A stretch of 45,203 nucleotides of DNA from a virus (taxonomy: Duplodnaviria; Caudoviricetes), in IMG/VR virus record IMGVR_UViG_3300020045_007096, positions 1 through 45,203 of that record; one strand, 5' to 3'. A model generated the notes under the pieces. The model searched no databases, had not been told where the DNA came from, and saw nothing but the letters and a program-made list of their open reading frames with translations. The translations under genes were made by a program, and so were the position numbers. Below, in pieces: positions 1 through 9,201 of the stretch. Each line of letters starts with the position of its first letter. Position 1 is the stretch's first letter.

Positions 1-121
1 AAGAGAGCAAATCTTTTAATGAAAGCTAACCAAGATAAGAGTTATTTATTAAAGAAGAAAAAAGAGCAGTTAGGTTACTTTAAGAAGTTTAATCTTTGAT
101 TTTTCTTTTTCTCCGGAGTTT
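1..121 (+). repeat. Exact 121-bp direct repeat, copy 1 (copy 2 at 4721-4841)
   Basis: aagagagcaaatcttttaat...ctccggagttt is identical at both places and the sequences diverge immediately afterwards. Confidence 0.95.
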
Positions 122-135
122 GGATATTCTTCGGT

Positions 136-396
136 ATGATGATAGGTCTAATGGTATGGATAGCTTTTACGCAGATGATAGGCTCATTAACAGACGCAAC
201 ACAGGACGCAAGGGCAGCAACCACTTCTTCTGGAACATCAGGACTAGACTGCGACAATTCAAGCATAAGCATAGGAACAAAGGGAACTTGCGTGGTAGTA
301 GACTTCATGGGCTTTGGATGGTCGGGAGCAATAATCACAATGATACTTGGAGCATTAGGAGCAGGTATACTAAAGAAAAAAATAGAAACGAATTAA
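136..396 (+). CDS. Small two-TM hairpin protein, possible spindle-virus capsid-like/pilin-like protein; probably 5'-truncated at the repeat junction
   Basis: Hydrophobic N- and C-terminal helices around a Cys-pair loop; the frame continues upstream (GVWIFFG) into the repeat with no start codon. Confidence 0.5.
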   Translation: MMIGLMVWIAFTQMIGSLTDATQDARAATTSSGTSGLDCDNSSISIGTKGTCVVVDFMGFGWSGAIITMILGALGAGILKKKIETN

Positions 397-3300
397 ATGT
401 GGAAAAAAATAAATCTAATTGGGATTATTGCATTTCTTTTATTAGTTAATGTTGTAAACGCAGATATTCTATGGAGCTTTGATTATAAGAATGTTTCAGA
501 TACAGTTAATATGGCACAGAAGGCCAGACAGATTAACTTCACAGACGGAACTTCTAAAATAACAACAGCACAGATAAACTTTGGTTTGAACAAGTCAGAA
601 GTATCAATGAATTTGTTTGCAGACTATTATGGTGGAGCAGCTTTTCCATCTTCTATTACTCCCTCAGTAGGTTGCACAATATCAACCGATTCAATAGCAG
701 GGGGAAATATAAATTTAAGAAGTATAAAAGCCACAAGGTCAGCTGGAAATGACTGTCTAGCAGATTTTGCAGACAGTTCTAGGGCTTCATTTTCAGGATT
801 TATGACTATAAATTCTTCTATAAATGCAGGTAATTTTGGGCTTGGACAAAACGCAGCAGGAATAAAATATGGATGGAACATAGATGCTTCTTTAACAAAT
901 GAAATAGTAAATGATGGAGTAGTAATTGCAATAGGACAGACAGAAACAAATAACATAGTATGGACAGGAATATACACAGACAAATTTTTATATTACAATT
1001 CAGGAGTTGCAGATGGCTTTTTCTCAAATATATCAGTAGGAACTACAACAGTAGATAAGTTTTCAGATAGCTTAAACGTTGGAGATACTTATTACTATCA
1101 AATCCTTCAAGTCTGGCTAAATAATGCAGGAATGAACACAACAGCTAACATGACACAGTTTGTAAGGAATGTCACAAACACAGCAAGAAGTTCATATACT
1201 ATTTATGGTTATGCTCCAAACGGAGAATCTTCTAACTTTATACTTTCTATCTCATGCAACAACGGAAGTAACTGGGTAAATTCAACAAACAACAGTATAT
1301 TTAACTGCCCTAACGGACAATCATCACACGATTTTATAGTCAGAACTTATGGAAATATAAGCGGAGTTTATGTAGCAACTGTAACAGAAGATACTCCTAC
1401 AATAGTAGGTTCAATAAATAATACATTGCCATTTTTAGGAACTCCAATAAATGCAACTTTTAATGTAACTGATTTGATAGGATTATCCACAGGACAGGTA
1501 ATAATAAACGACACAGGAATAAAAAGATTTTATAACTTTTCATTATCTGGAACATCAGACAAATTCTCACAAAATTTTAGCGTAGCCTGTTCTGCTCCAT
1601 GCACAATAAATGTCACAGGAAGAGTAAATGACACAGCAGGAAACACAAACCAAATAGAGTTTAATATATTAGTAGCAGGAACAACAAGCCCAGTTTTAAC
1701 ATTGAACCCCAACAACTTCTTCAACTCACAGAATACAAGCATAATATCTTTAAACAGAAGCCAAAATATATTATTAAATTTAAGCTTATCCGACGATATA
1801 GATTTGTTTGCAATAGAAGTTAATATAACAAATAATAATGGGTTGTTTTTGAATTTCAGCAATCAGAGTTTATCAGGAACAAACTTTACATTTACAAAGT
1901 TTTTAAATGTTTCAGGGTCACAAGGATTCTATAATGTAAGCATAGAATTAACCGACTCACACACAGCCAAAGAAATACCAGACTGGAAAGTTACAAAACT
2001 AATTGATACTCTTATTTTTGATGAACATTTACAGATAAAAGCAGAAGGGGCAATATGGTCAGATACAGAAAAATCAAAAGATAGATACAGTTTTGAGTTT
2101 ACTTATCTTCCTTTTATAAGTCCGAAAGAAAAGGTATACATAATAGAATCGGATTCAGAATTAAAGTTAGTAACTACATCAGGATATAAAGCCCACTTTG
2201 TAGATGAAAAAAATGGAAAATGGATAGACTTTGAAGGATTAGAAGGAGTTCCGCAGATAGAAAAATTAAGTGATACTTCTTACAGAGTAGTATTCCAAAG
2301 CGAATCAAACAGAATCAAATTCAAATCAATAGGTGGCCTAAACAGAAATGTTTATTACTTTCAATATTATCTATCTAACGCTTCAATAAGTGTTTACAAA
2401 CCAGATAGTAATTTAAATGTATTTGGACAAGATAGTATATTTGTTTCTTTCAATGTAACAGGAAATGGAAGAAACACAACCCAAATATATCTTTATAATT
2501 CAAGCAGTGATGTAATAAATAGTATAAATGTTTCAAACACAGGAACAGGAACATACTTTTATAATGCAACCTTTACATACCCTTTCAATGATAATACATT
2601 TTTTATAAATGCAACTCACATAGATATAAACAAGGAAAATACAACCTCAAACACTAAAACATTCTATAATTTAAGAATAACCCAAAATAGTGGTTATCCT
2701 GCATTAAATTTTACAATTCTGGACGAAATAAACAGTTCAAGAATAATGGGGACTGCAACAGGAACATTCATTTATAATGGAACTTTGCCAATTAAAACAT
2801 TTAATCTATCCTCAACCAACTCCGATAATTTTTCCGTAAATGTGAATCCTTCATTTGAATCTATTCTTACAGATTATGAACTAACCTACTCTGCAACTGG
2901 TTATGTTCAAAGAACATTTAACAAAGAAGGAGTGGTTTTAACTAATTCAACCTCTCTGCAATATCTTTATTTATTGGGAGAAAATGAAGGTATATATGGA
3001 ACATTTAGGGTAATTGATTCTTTTGAAAATGCACTCTCAGAAGTATCAATAAAAATGACTAATTCAGGCGGCGATATTTTAGAAGTTGAAACAACAGATG
3101 ATGCGGGAGTAGCTTCATTTTGGGTAAATCCCGATACAACTTATATTTTTACATTTACAAAACAGGGTTATTCAATAAAGACAAGCTCCTTAAGAATAAC
3201 ATCAAGCGACTTAATAACAGTCATTCTAGAAAGCCAAAGCAGTGGACAAAGTGTTTCATACTTTTCAGGAATAACTTATTCATTTAGCCCAAGCCAGACA

Positions 3301-3882
3301 GTTCTTCAAAATAAGACACTATACACTTTTAATTTTAATCTCACCTCAACATACTGGAATTTGACTAATTGTGAATTTTATATAAAAAATATCACAACAG
3401 TATTTAATCAAACAAGCTGTTATTACAACAGTTCCATGCTAAATGCAAGTTTGAATTTCAACACCAAAAATTATACAGGGTTGATAGCAATAGCAGTATA
3501 TCAAATAAACAATACATATAACTTCACTTTAAACCAAGAATATAAAGTCCAATATCAATTCCAGGGTAGAGGAAGTCTTAAAAATTTCTTAAATGATATA
3601 ACAAATTTCACAAATGGAGGTTTTGATGCTTTTGGAAGGTTCTTGCTCGGTATAATATTAACAGTCATAATATTAGGTATAATAGCAAGAGAATCAACAG
3701 AATTTAGAGATCCAGAGTTTCTTATTCCTGCTTTTCTCACAATGACTGCAATTTTCAGCTATCTTGGATGGTATAATATCCCATTGGATTCAATACCCTC
3801 AAATCCAGAATGGCTAAAAGACTGGATAGTGTTTATTTTACTCTTATTAACAGGTATCGGATATTTCATAAAGGAAAACTAA
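397..3882 (+). CDS. Large secreted, C-terminally membrane-anchored glycoprotein (spike/adhesin-like)
   Basis: Signal peptide MWKKINLIGIIAFLLLVNVVNA, dozens of N-x-S/T sequons, Ig/carboxypeptidase-regulatory-like beta segments (TTDDAGVASF), three C-terminal TM helices. Confidence 0.8.
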   Translation: MWKKINLIGIIAFLLLVNVVNADILWSFDYKNVSDTVNMAQKARQINFTDGTSKITTAQINFGLNKSEVSMNLFADYYGGAAFPSSITPSVGCTISTDSIAGGNINLRSIKATRSAGNDCLADFADSSRASFSGFMTINSSINAGNFGLGQNAAGIKYGWNIDASLTNEIVNDGVVIAIGQTETNNIVWTGIYTDKFLYYNSGVADGFFSNISVGTTTVDKFSDSLNVGDTYYYQILQVWLNNAGMNTTANMTQFVRNVTNTARSSYTIYGYAPNGESSNFILSISCNNGSNWVNSTNNSIFNCPNGQSSHDFIVRTYGNISGVYVATVTEDTPTIVGSINNTLPFLGTPINATFNVTDLIGLSTGQVIINDTGIKRFYNFSLSGTSDKFSQNFSVACSAPCTINVTGRVNDTAGNTNQIEFNILVAGTTSPVLTLNPNNFFNSQNTSIISLNRSQNILLNLSLSDDIDLFAIEVNITNNNGLFLNFSNQSLSGTNFTFTKFLNVSGSQGFYNVSIELTDSHTAKEIPDWKVTKLIDTLIFDEHLQIKAEGAIWSDTEKSKDRYSFEFTYLPFISPKEKVYIIESDSELKLVTTSGYKAHFVDEKNGKWIDFEGLEGVPQIEKLSDTSYRVVFQSESNRIKFKSIGGLNRNVYYFQYYLSNASISVYKPDSNLNVFGQDSIFVSFNVTGNGRNTTQIYLYNSSSDVINSINVSNTGTGTYFYNATFTYPFNDNTFFINATHIDINKENTTSNTKTFYNLRITQNSGYPALNFTILDEINSSRIMGTATGTFIYNGTLPIKTFNLSSTNSDNFSVNVNPSFESILTDYELTYSATGYVQRTFNKEGVVLTNSTSLQYLYLLGENEGIYGTFRVIDSFENALSEVSIKMTNSGGDILEVETTDDAGVASFWVNPDTTYIFTFTKQGYSIKTSSLRITSSDLITVILESQSSGQSVSYFSGITYSFSPSQTVLQNKTLYTFNFNLTSTYWNLTNCEFYIKNITTVFNQTSCYYNSSMLNASLNFNTKNYTGLIAIAVYQINNTYNFTLNQEYKVQYQFQGRGSLKNFLNDITNFTNGGFDAFGRFLLGIILTVIILGIIARESTEFRDPEFLIPAFLTMTAIFSYLGWYNIPLDSIPSNPEWLKDWIVFILLLLTGIGYFIKEN

Positions 3883-3883
3883 A

Positions 3884-4282
3884 ATGGCAAAATTCGCAAC
3901 ATACATATTGGTAATGACTGGACTTATAGTTTTATTCTATTTTACAGGTATATCTACTGATGATACTGCAAACTCAGTATTACTAAATCTACTGCTAGAC
4001 CCTGCCCAGCTTCAAAACACACCTTTGGCATTGAAGGCAATAGCTGTATTTGAGGCTATATTGGCATCTGCTATTGTTGTAGGATTTGCCATAGGGGGAA
4101 ATATAGAGTTAGGAGTTATGACTTCATTTACTATTTATCTAATGAATTTAATGTGGGATTTTATAGCAATATATTCAAAGGTAGCAGCACAAAATGAAGT
4201 AGTTGCAGTCTTAATATTTGCTCCTTTATTGTTCTTATTTGTGGTTACAACAATAGAATGGTGGAGAGGAGTATCTACATGA
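3884..4282 (+). CDS. Multi-TM membrane protein (virion membrane protein candidate)
   Basis: About four hydrophobic helices; starts 1 nt after the spike stop. Confidence 0.75.
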   Translation: MAKFATYILVMTGLIVLFYFTGISTDDTANSVLLNLLLDPAQLQNTPLALKAIAVFEAILASAIVVGFAIGGNIELGVMTSFTIYLMNLMWDFIAIYSKVAAQNEVVAVLIFAPLLFLFVVTTIEWWRGVST

Positions 4283-4542
4283 CTTGTGAAATATTTGATT
4301 TTTGGTGTTGGACAAGCAACGAAATAATAGGTGATGTATGGTTAGCTGTATTTGTATATGCACTTGTATTGATGTATTGTGTAGTTAAATTGAAGATGCC
4401 AAAGGAATTGCAGATGATGTTTTTGATTTTATTGTTTGCTGCATTGTTTTCAAAAACCCTATTACTTATAATCTGGGTATTTTTGGTATTAACAGTAGGA
4501 GTAATATTCTATTGGGGCATAAGCAAAAAATTAGGAGGCTAA
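4279..4542 (+). CDS. Small 3-TM membrane protein
   Basis: ATGA overlap with the upstream stop; hydrophobic throughout. Confidence 0.7.
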   Translation: MTCEIFDFWCWTSNEIIGDVWLAVFVYALVLMYCVVKLKMPKELQMMFLILLFAALFSKTLLLIIWVFLVLTVGVIFYWGISKKLGG

Positions 4543-4543
4543 A

Positions 4544-4819
4544 ATGGGTATATTTCAAAACATAGCAAACAGGATAAGCGAAGCAGATCAGGCCAGGGAA
4601 GACATAGATGATGATAGGACAAAAGACAGATACCTAAGAAGCTTAAGAAGGCAGTATAGAGTTCAGCAGGAGGAAAAGGAAAAAGAACTTTTAAAGAAGA
4701 AAATAAAAGAATATGAAGAAAAGAGAGCAAATCTTTTAATGAAAGCTAACCAAGATAAGAGTTATTTATTAAAGAAGAAAAAAGAGCAGTTAGGTTACTT
4801 TAAGAAGTTTAATCTTTGA
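4544..4819 (+). CDS. Charged coiled-coil hypothetical protein
   Basis: GGAGG RBS upstream; K/E-rich; followed by a T-rich tract. Confidence 0.7.
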   Translation: MGIFQNIANRISEADQAREDIDDDRTKDRYLRSLRRQYRVQQEEKEKELLKKKIKEYEEKRANLLMKANQDKSYLLKKKKEQLGYFKKFNL

Positions 4820-4841
4820 TTTTTCTTTTTCTCCGGAGTTT
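4721..4841 (+). repeat. Exact 121-bp direct repeat, copy 2
   Basis: Identical to 1-121; this copy continues into a TTTAAATA TATA-like box for 4871, so it is likely the native context. Confidence 0.95.
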
Positions 4842-4870
4842 AAATACTTCTTCCAAGATGAAATCTCTAA

Positions 4871-5395
4871 ATGGCAGATAATAACATCGGTATGAAGGCT
4901 ATCTTAACCGCTTTTATAGCATTAGTCTTATTCTTCGCTTTTACAACAGAAATTGCAGATAATGAAAACGCAAACACTGTATTATCAAACAGAGTGAATC
5001 AATCTGTAACAATAACGAGTGGTTCAGGTAATTTAGGGAATACTGATGTAAAAGGAGTATCTTTCTTCGGAAATGCTTCTAATCTATCAAGCACAGATTA
5101 TGCTGCAATACAAATAGGACTTCATGTAAACGTAAGCAGTAATGGAACTATACAAGTAGCCCAAAATCTAAATCTATCGGGAGTTGGAGATACAAACACT
5201 TCAAGGATTGTATTTGGAAATGGAAACTATAATGTAAGTTATACTTACGGTGGATCTTTATATGTAAACGATTCTGCTTCAAGGTCACTATTAAGTCTAA
5301 CTACATTATTCTGGGTTTTGTTAGGTCTCGCCATTGGAATTATAGCCTTTATGTCTGCAAGTGGGAATATGAGCTTTGGCTTTGGAAAGAATTAG
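4871..5395 (+). CDS. Two-TM hairpin protein with inserted sequon-rich domain, similar in architecture to spindle-shaped-virus major capsid proteins
   Basis: N-terminal hydrophobic helix, Asn/Gly/Ser-rich middle, C-terminal SLLSLTTLFWVLLGLAIGII helix; own TATA-like box and T-rich terminator. Confidence 0.55.
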   Translation: MADNNIGMKAILTAFIALVLFFAFTTEIADNENANTVLSNRVNQSVTITSGSGNLGNTDVKGVSFFGNASNLSSTDYAAIQIGLHVNVSSNGTIQVAQNLNLSGVGDTNTSRIVFGNGNYNVSYTYGGSLYVNDSASRSLLSLTTLFWVLLGLAIGIIAFMSASGNMSFGFGKN

Positions 5396-5631
5396 TAAGG
5401 ACAACTTCTTCTCTTTTTTTATCCCAAAAAACCATCTAGTTTTATAAACTAATAATGGACTTCTGTATACAAGGGTGGATAATTTTAGATAACTTTATAA
5501 CTACAGAGTAGTTACTGCTAAAAAAGAGGTAATAACGCAGCCCTAAGGCTGCGGAGCTTAACCGATTGTGGCAGTTAAACTCAAAGGGGAGTATTTCTTT
5601 GAGTTATAAATAAGTTTTGTTAGTGTAAACT

Positions 5632-6534
5632 ATGAAATGTAAATATTGCAATAGTGAGAACACTATTAAAAAATCCATTGTAATAAACAAAACAAGCACA
5701 AGGCAGAGATACCTCTGTAAAGACTGCGGAAGAAGGTTTATGAACCTATACTCTCAAATTAAGCCCCATAGGATAGTAATTGAAGTATTGGACGAAAAAG
5801 GCAGATACATAAGAGAAAAGGAGTTTAATATAATAATTAACCAATTCAGAGACAGATATGACCCAGTAAGACTTTCTTTTGCTTTAGCTTACACAACAGG
5901 TCTTAGATATTTCGATGCTTATTCTGCAAGAATACCATGGTTTAATAGTGATTTTACAGAAATGAAAATGGCACAATGCAAAGCTCACGTTTCATTCAAA
6001 GATGGAATAATAAGACAAAGAAAGCAGCCTAGATTTGTTCCGCTGCCTGACTGGTTAGCAACTGATCTAAAATATTATTTAACCCATAGAATATTAGTAG
6101 CTAAATATGTAGGTCAAGAACTTACAAACTTAAGATTGTTCCCAACACTTAAAAAAAACAATATGCGTTCTTTCTTTCAGCATTTAAGGGACAGAAAAAG
6201 CGAGGATTTTCCCTGGTTAAAAGATATTTGGCAGATCGTTAAAGCCTATGATATAAACAATTCAATAGTATGGGAACGTGCTTATTATAGGGTAAGCTGT
6301 CATGCGTGTCGTGCTAATTATACAACCAAAGCCCATAAAGTAGCGGAGGGAGATTATATAAGAGGTTCTAAAATATCAGGTCACGAGGAAATTAAAAACT
6401 ACGCAAAATATGTAAGATACGAGAATTTAGATCAGGATAAAGTAAGAATCAAAGAAGAATACATGGATAGCCTTTCAAGCAGTCAAATGATTCCTTTATT
6501 AGTCGGTCAGAGAAATCTAAAGAAATATATTTAA
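5632..6534 (+). CDS. Tyrosine recombinase/integrase with N-terminal IS1-InsA-like zinc ribbon
   Basis: CKYC...RQRYLCKDCGRRF; catalytic motifs YTTGLR, HACR (HxxR), SGH and YVRY. Confidence 0.8.
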   Translation: MKCKYCNSENTIKKSIVINKTSTRQRYLCKDCGRRFMNLYSQIKPHRIVIEVLDEKGRYIREKEFNIIINQFRDRYDPVRLSFALAYTTGLRYFDAYSARIPWFNSDFTEMKMAQCKAHVSFKDGIIRQRKQPRFVPLPDWLATDLKYYLTHRILVAKYVGQELTNLRLFPTLKKNNMRSFFQHLRDRKSEDFPWLKDIWQIVKAYDINNSIVWERAYYRVSCHACRANYTTKAHKVAEGDYIRGSKISGHEEIKNYAKYVRYENLDQDKVRIKEEYMDSLSSSQMIPLLVGQRNLKKYI

Positions 6535-6723
6535 TTTCCTATATATCAATTTCTTAACTTATCGGTAGTTACGAGCTACCCTTTATAAATGAAAAGCATA
6601 TATTTATATACCACCTTTCCAATGAAAATAGTATAAATAAGATTTCTAACAACTAAGGCCAGTTGTGCCAAGTCGCACAACAACCCCGAAGTGCTAGAAA
6701 TTCTTTGTTAGTATAAAAAACTA

Positions 6724-6879
6724 ATGGAGTGTTGTAAAATGATAGTCAATGTTGATTTTCCAGAAGAAGTGCATAGAAAGTTTAAATCCAAATGCGCAAT
6801 AGAAGGCAAACCAATGAATGAAACTCTTGTAGAGTTAGCAGAAGATGTAAGGATTGTTTTAGTAAAAATAAATTTGTAA
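6724..6879 (+). CDS. Ribbon-helix-helix (ParG/CopG-like) regulator, 51 aa, not in the ORF track
   Basis: Translated by eye: MECCKMIVNVDFPEEVHRKFKSKCAIEGKPMNETLVELAE..., a beta strand followed by the FK..CA.EG..M helix pattern. Confidence 0.65.
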   Translation: MECCKMIVNVDFPEEVHRKFKSKCAIEGKPMNETLVELAEDVRIVLVKINL

Positions 6880-6919
6880 AAATAGGAAAATGGAAAACAA
6901 CTGAAATGAGGAAAATAGA

Positions 6920-7156
6920 ATGAAATCAACAATACAAACCGAACTTGAAGGGAAATTTTTAGTCTTTGGTGTTAATGAAATTCAGTATTATGCAATAATG
7001 TATGGGGATGTCCAATCAGCAATCCAGAAAGCTTTGAAAGACTGCTTGGATGATTTAAATAAATTAGATTTAGTAGCAGATACAGATAGAGAAAGGGAGT
7101 TATTATCAATAAAAACTAAACAAATCATTCAAAAACATTTTGGAGAGCTAAAATGA
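6920..7156 (+). CDS. Hypothetical viral protein
   Basis: GAGG upstream; overlaps the next gene. Confidence 0.6.
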   Translation: MKSTIQTELEGKFLVFGVNEIQYYAIMYGDVQSAIQKALKDCLDDLNKLDLVADTDRERELLSIKTKQIIQKHFGELK

Positions 7157-7497
7157 CCAAAGCCGAATCAAGATTAAAAGAGCAAGAAGCAATCTGGAAT
7201 AGATTTCAAAAAGATTTTTCAGAATTATTAGCAATGGATGAAACTGGAAGACCTTTTGTGAATATAAAAAATTTACTAAAGACAACTCTTGATTATGGAG
7301 TAACAGAAGGCATACTATTGGGAATGGAATCCGATAGAGAACTAATGTGCAAAATAGCGTCTGAATCATTAAGAGGATATAAACAAGAACTCCTAAAGAA
7401 ACTGGAAGAGAAGAAAATGTATTGTGAACGTGCTGATTGTAAACAAATAGAGAATTTTGTTGTCAAATGGTCAGACATTGAATCGGAGCTGAAATGA
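7153..7497 (+). CDS. Hypothetical viral protein
   Basis: ATGA coupling with the upstream ORF. Confidence 0.6.
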   Translation: MTKAESRLKEQEAIWNRFQKDFSELLAMDETGRPFVNIKNLLKTTLDYGVTEGILLGMESDRELMCKIASESLRGYKQELLKKLEEKKMYCERADCKQIENFVVKWSDIESELK

Positions 7498-7504
7498 AAC
7501 AAGA

Positions 7505-8230
7505 ATGTTCAAGATGTGGAGTTTACAGCTAATGAACCCAATCCACACATCAACGGAAGATTGCATTCATTGTAAAGGAACTGGAAGCATTAGAGGTTTA
7601 GAATGTAATGATTGCAACGAAACAGGCAAAACAACCAAGCTGATATTCGATGCAAAGGAGTTTGAAAAATGGAATGAATATGAGTTTACTTGGAAAGCTA
7701 AAGGAAGTTTGAATCAAACAAGAAAAGGAAAAGATGTATTTAGAGCTAAATCCAATTTTCATCAAGATGAAGTTGAAGAATGGATAAATAATATAATTGG
7801 AGTTGGAAGTTACAAACATCCTAATTTTTATTATATGGAACTCAGAATGAGTATCTCCAATGCTTGTAATGAATTTGATGCAGGTTGTGAAAATTGGAGT
7901 TTATCAAAACCTAAACTTATAGGCACAGGTCACATCCTCCCAAAGAAAGGAGATGTTATAACAATTCCTTATGAAACTATTATTGTTCCAAAAAAGTTAC
8001 AATCTGAATTAACAATAAATTACAAAAAAACTATAAAAAATATGTTAGGAATAAAACAAGGAAATAAATTCCACCTAACTTCTGATGCAGAAGTCAAGAA
8101 AATAGGCAATATAAAAATAGGAAGACTAATTGAGATGAAACTTGCTCAACTCAATGGATTAAAACTAAACTACAAACACAATCTCAAAGAAAATTCAAAA
8201 ATAGTAATTGTGAGTGGATATTTTTGTTAG
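7505..8230 (+). CDS. Hypothetical protein with DnaJ-type zinc-finger motif
   Basis: CIHCKGTG and CNDCNETG. Confidence 0.6.
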   Translation: MFKMWSLQLMNPIHTSTEDCIHCKGTGSIRGLECNDCNETGKTTKLIFDAKEFEKWNEYEFTWKAKGSLNQTRKGKDVFRAKSNFHQDEVEEWINNIIGVGSYKHPNFYYMELRMSISNACNEFDAGCENWSLSKPKLIGTGHILPKKGDVITIPYETIIVPKKLQSELTINYKKTIKNMLGIKQGNKFHLTSDAEVKKIGNIKIGRLIEMKLAQLNGLKLNYKHNLKENSKIVIVSGYFC

Positions 8231-8598
8231 TATCAGCAAGTTCAGATGAATCGTGTAATATGCCTATGATAGAAGCTAATGCTTGTGGAATACCTGCTTT
8301 AGTGTTTGATTGCAGAGGAGATTATTCAGACCATTGTGAATATATAAAATATGGGATAGTTGTAACTGATAAAGAAGATATAGAATCATTCAAATTGGCA
8401 ATGGATTATTTAGAACATTATAATTTATGCACAAGATACTTAAAAATTAATTGCATTGCTCCCATCAATATAAAATGGAAATTTTATGATTTTCCAATAA
8501 GTTACGCTGAATTTATGACAAAAAATTCATCTGTAAAATTAAAGTTAAGTGTCAAAGAATTTCATTTAGAAGGAATGCGAATTAGAGGGATATTATGA
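8224..8598 (+). pseudogene. C-terminal fragment of a GT4 glycosyltransferase
   Basis: Begins at VSASSDESCNMPMIEANACGIP (ExxxxxxxE donor-binding motif); the N-terminal domain is absent. Confidence 0.55.
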
Positions 8599-8975
8599 AT
8601 AAATCAATCTTATTCGGAATCATTGCATTGATGCTGATTGGAAGTGTTAATGCAAGAATAATCTATCCAGATTACCCACATAAAAAAGAATTAGTTCCAG
8701 AATCGAGTATGTGGCTTTATAATGGAACTCCTATTGGAGAAATACTTAAATCAGGAAATTGGAGCGGAGAAGAATTAATTTGCACTTTAAACACCACCTT
8801 CACATTTAATTTCACAGAAAGAACTCCTTCAATATGGACTTTTGAAAATAGTGGAAAACTAATCAACTGGACAGATGGAACAACAAAAATAACTCAAAGA
8901 CAAACACTAAACAAATATGGATGCAAATTCACAGGAATATCAAAATCAGGACTAAAACAATGGGATTGCAGGTGA
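8595..8975 (+). CDS. Small secreted sequon-containing protein
   Basis: Signal peptide MNKSILFGIIALMLIGSVNA; NGT, NWS, NTT, NFT, NWT. Confidence 0.7.
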   Translation: MNKSILFGIIALMLIGSVNARIIYPDYPHKKELVPESSMWLYNGTPIGEILKSGNWSGEELICTLNTTFTFNFTERTPSIWTFENSGKLINWTDGTTKITQRQTLNKYGCKFTGISKSGLKQWDCR

Positions 8976-8979
8976 GAAA

Positions 8980-9165
8980 ATGAAAAGATGTGCTTTATTT
9001 GGCTGTGCAGTTGACAGTGAAGGATGTACTTTGAAAGATATTGCAATCAACAACAGCTATGGCTATTTAGGTAATGTTCCAAGTTCTTACGTTGCAAAGC
9101 TCCTAATGAAAAAGCACGGATACAAAGAAACTGACATATTATGTCAAGACTGCTTCTGGAAATAG
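8980..9165 (+). CDS. Small Cys-rich protein
   Basis: GGTGA RBS; C-terminal LCQDC. Confidence 0.55.
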   Translation: MKRCALFGCAVDSEGCTLKDIAINNSYGYLGNVPSSYVAKLLMKKHGYKETDILCQDCFWK

Positions 9166-9201
9166 AAAAGTATATATAGATGATATATTGTAAATATATT
9201 T

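Larger units (their letters stand above)
1..6534 (+). mobile_element. Putative integrative enveloped (spindle-shaped/pleomorphic-like) virus module, partial
   Basis: Capsid-like hairpin proteins, anchored spike, membrane proteins and integrase; no att site or replication gene seen. Confidence 0.5.

Noticed and set aside
5632-5750. IS1 transposase
   Set aside because: Only the zinc ribbon resembles InsA; the rest is a tyrosine recombinase and no terminal inverted repeats were seen
6352-6361. Partial GATTATATAA match inside the integrase
   Set aside because: Incomplete palindrome, intragenic, and no TATA box at the 11-bp spacing
6535-6723. att site matching a tRNA of the array
   Set aside because: Only a 7-bp match (GAGCTAC) was found by eye, which is not significant
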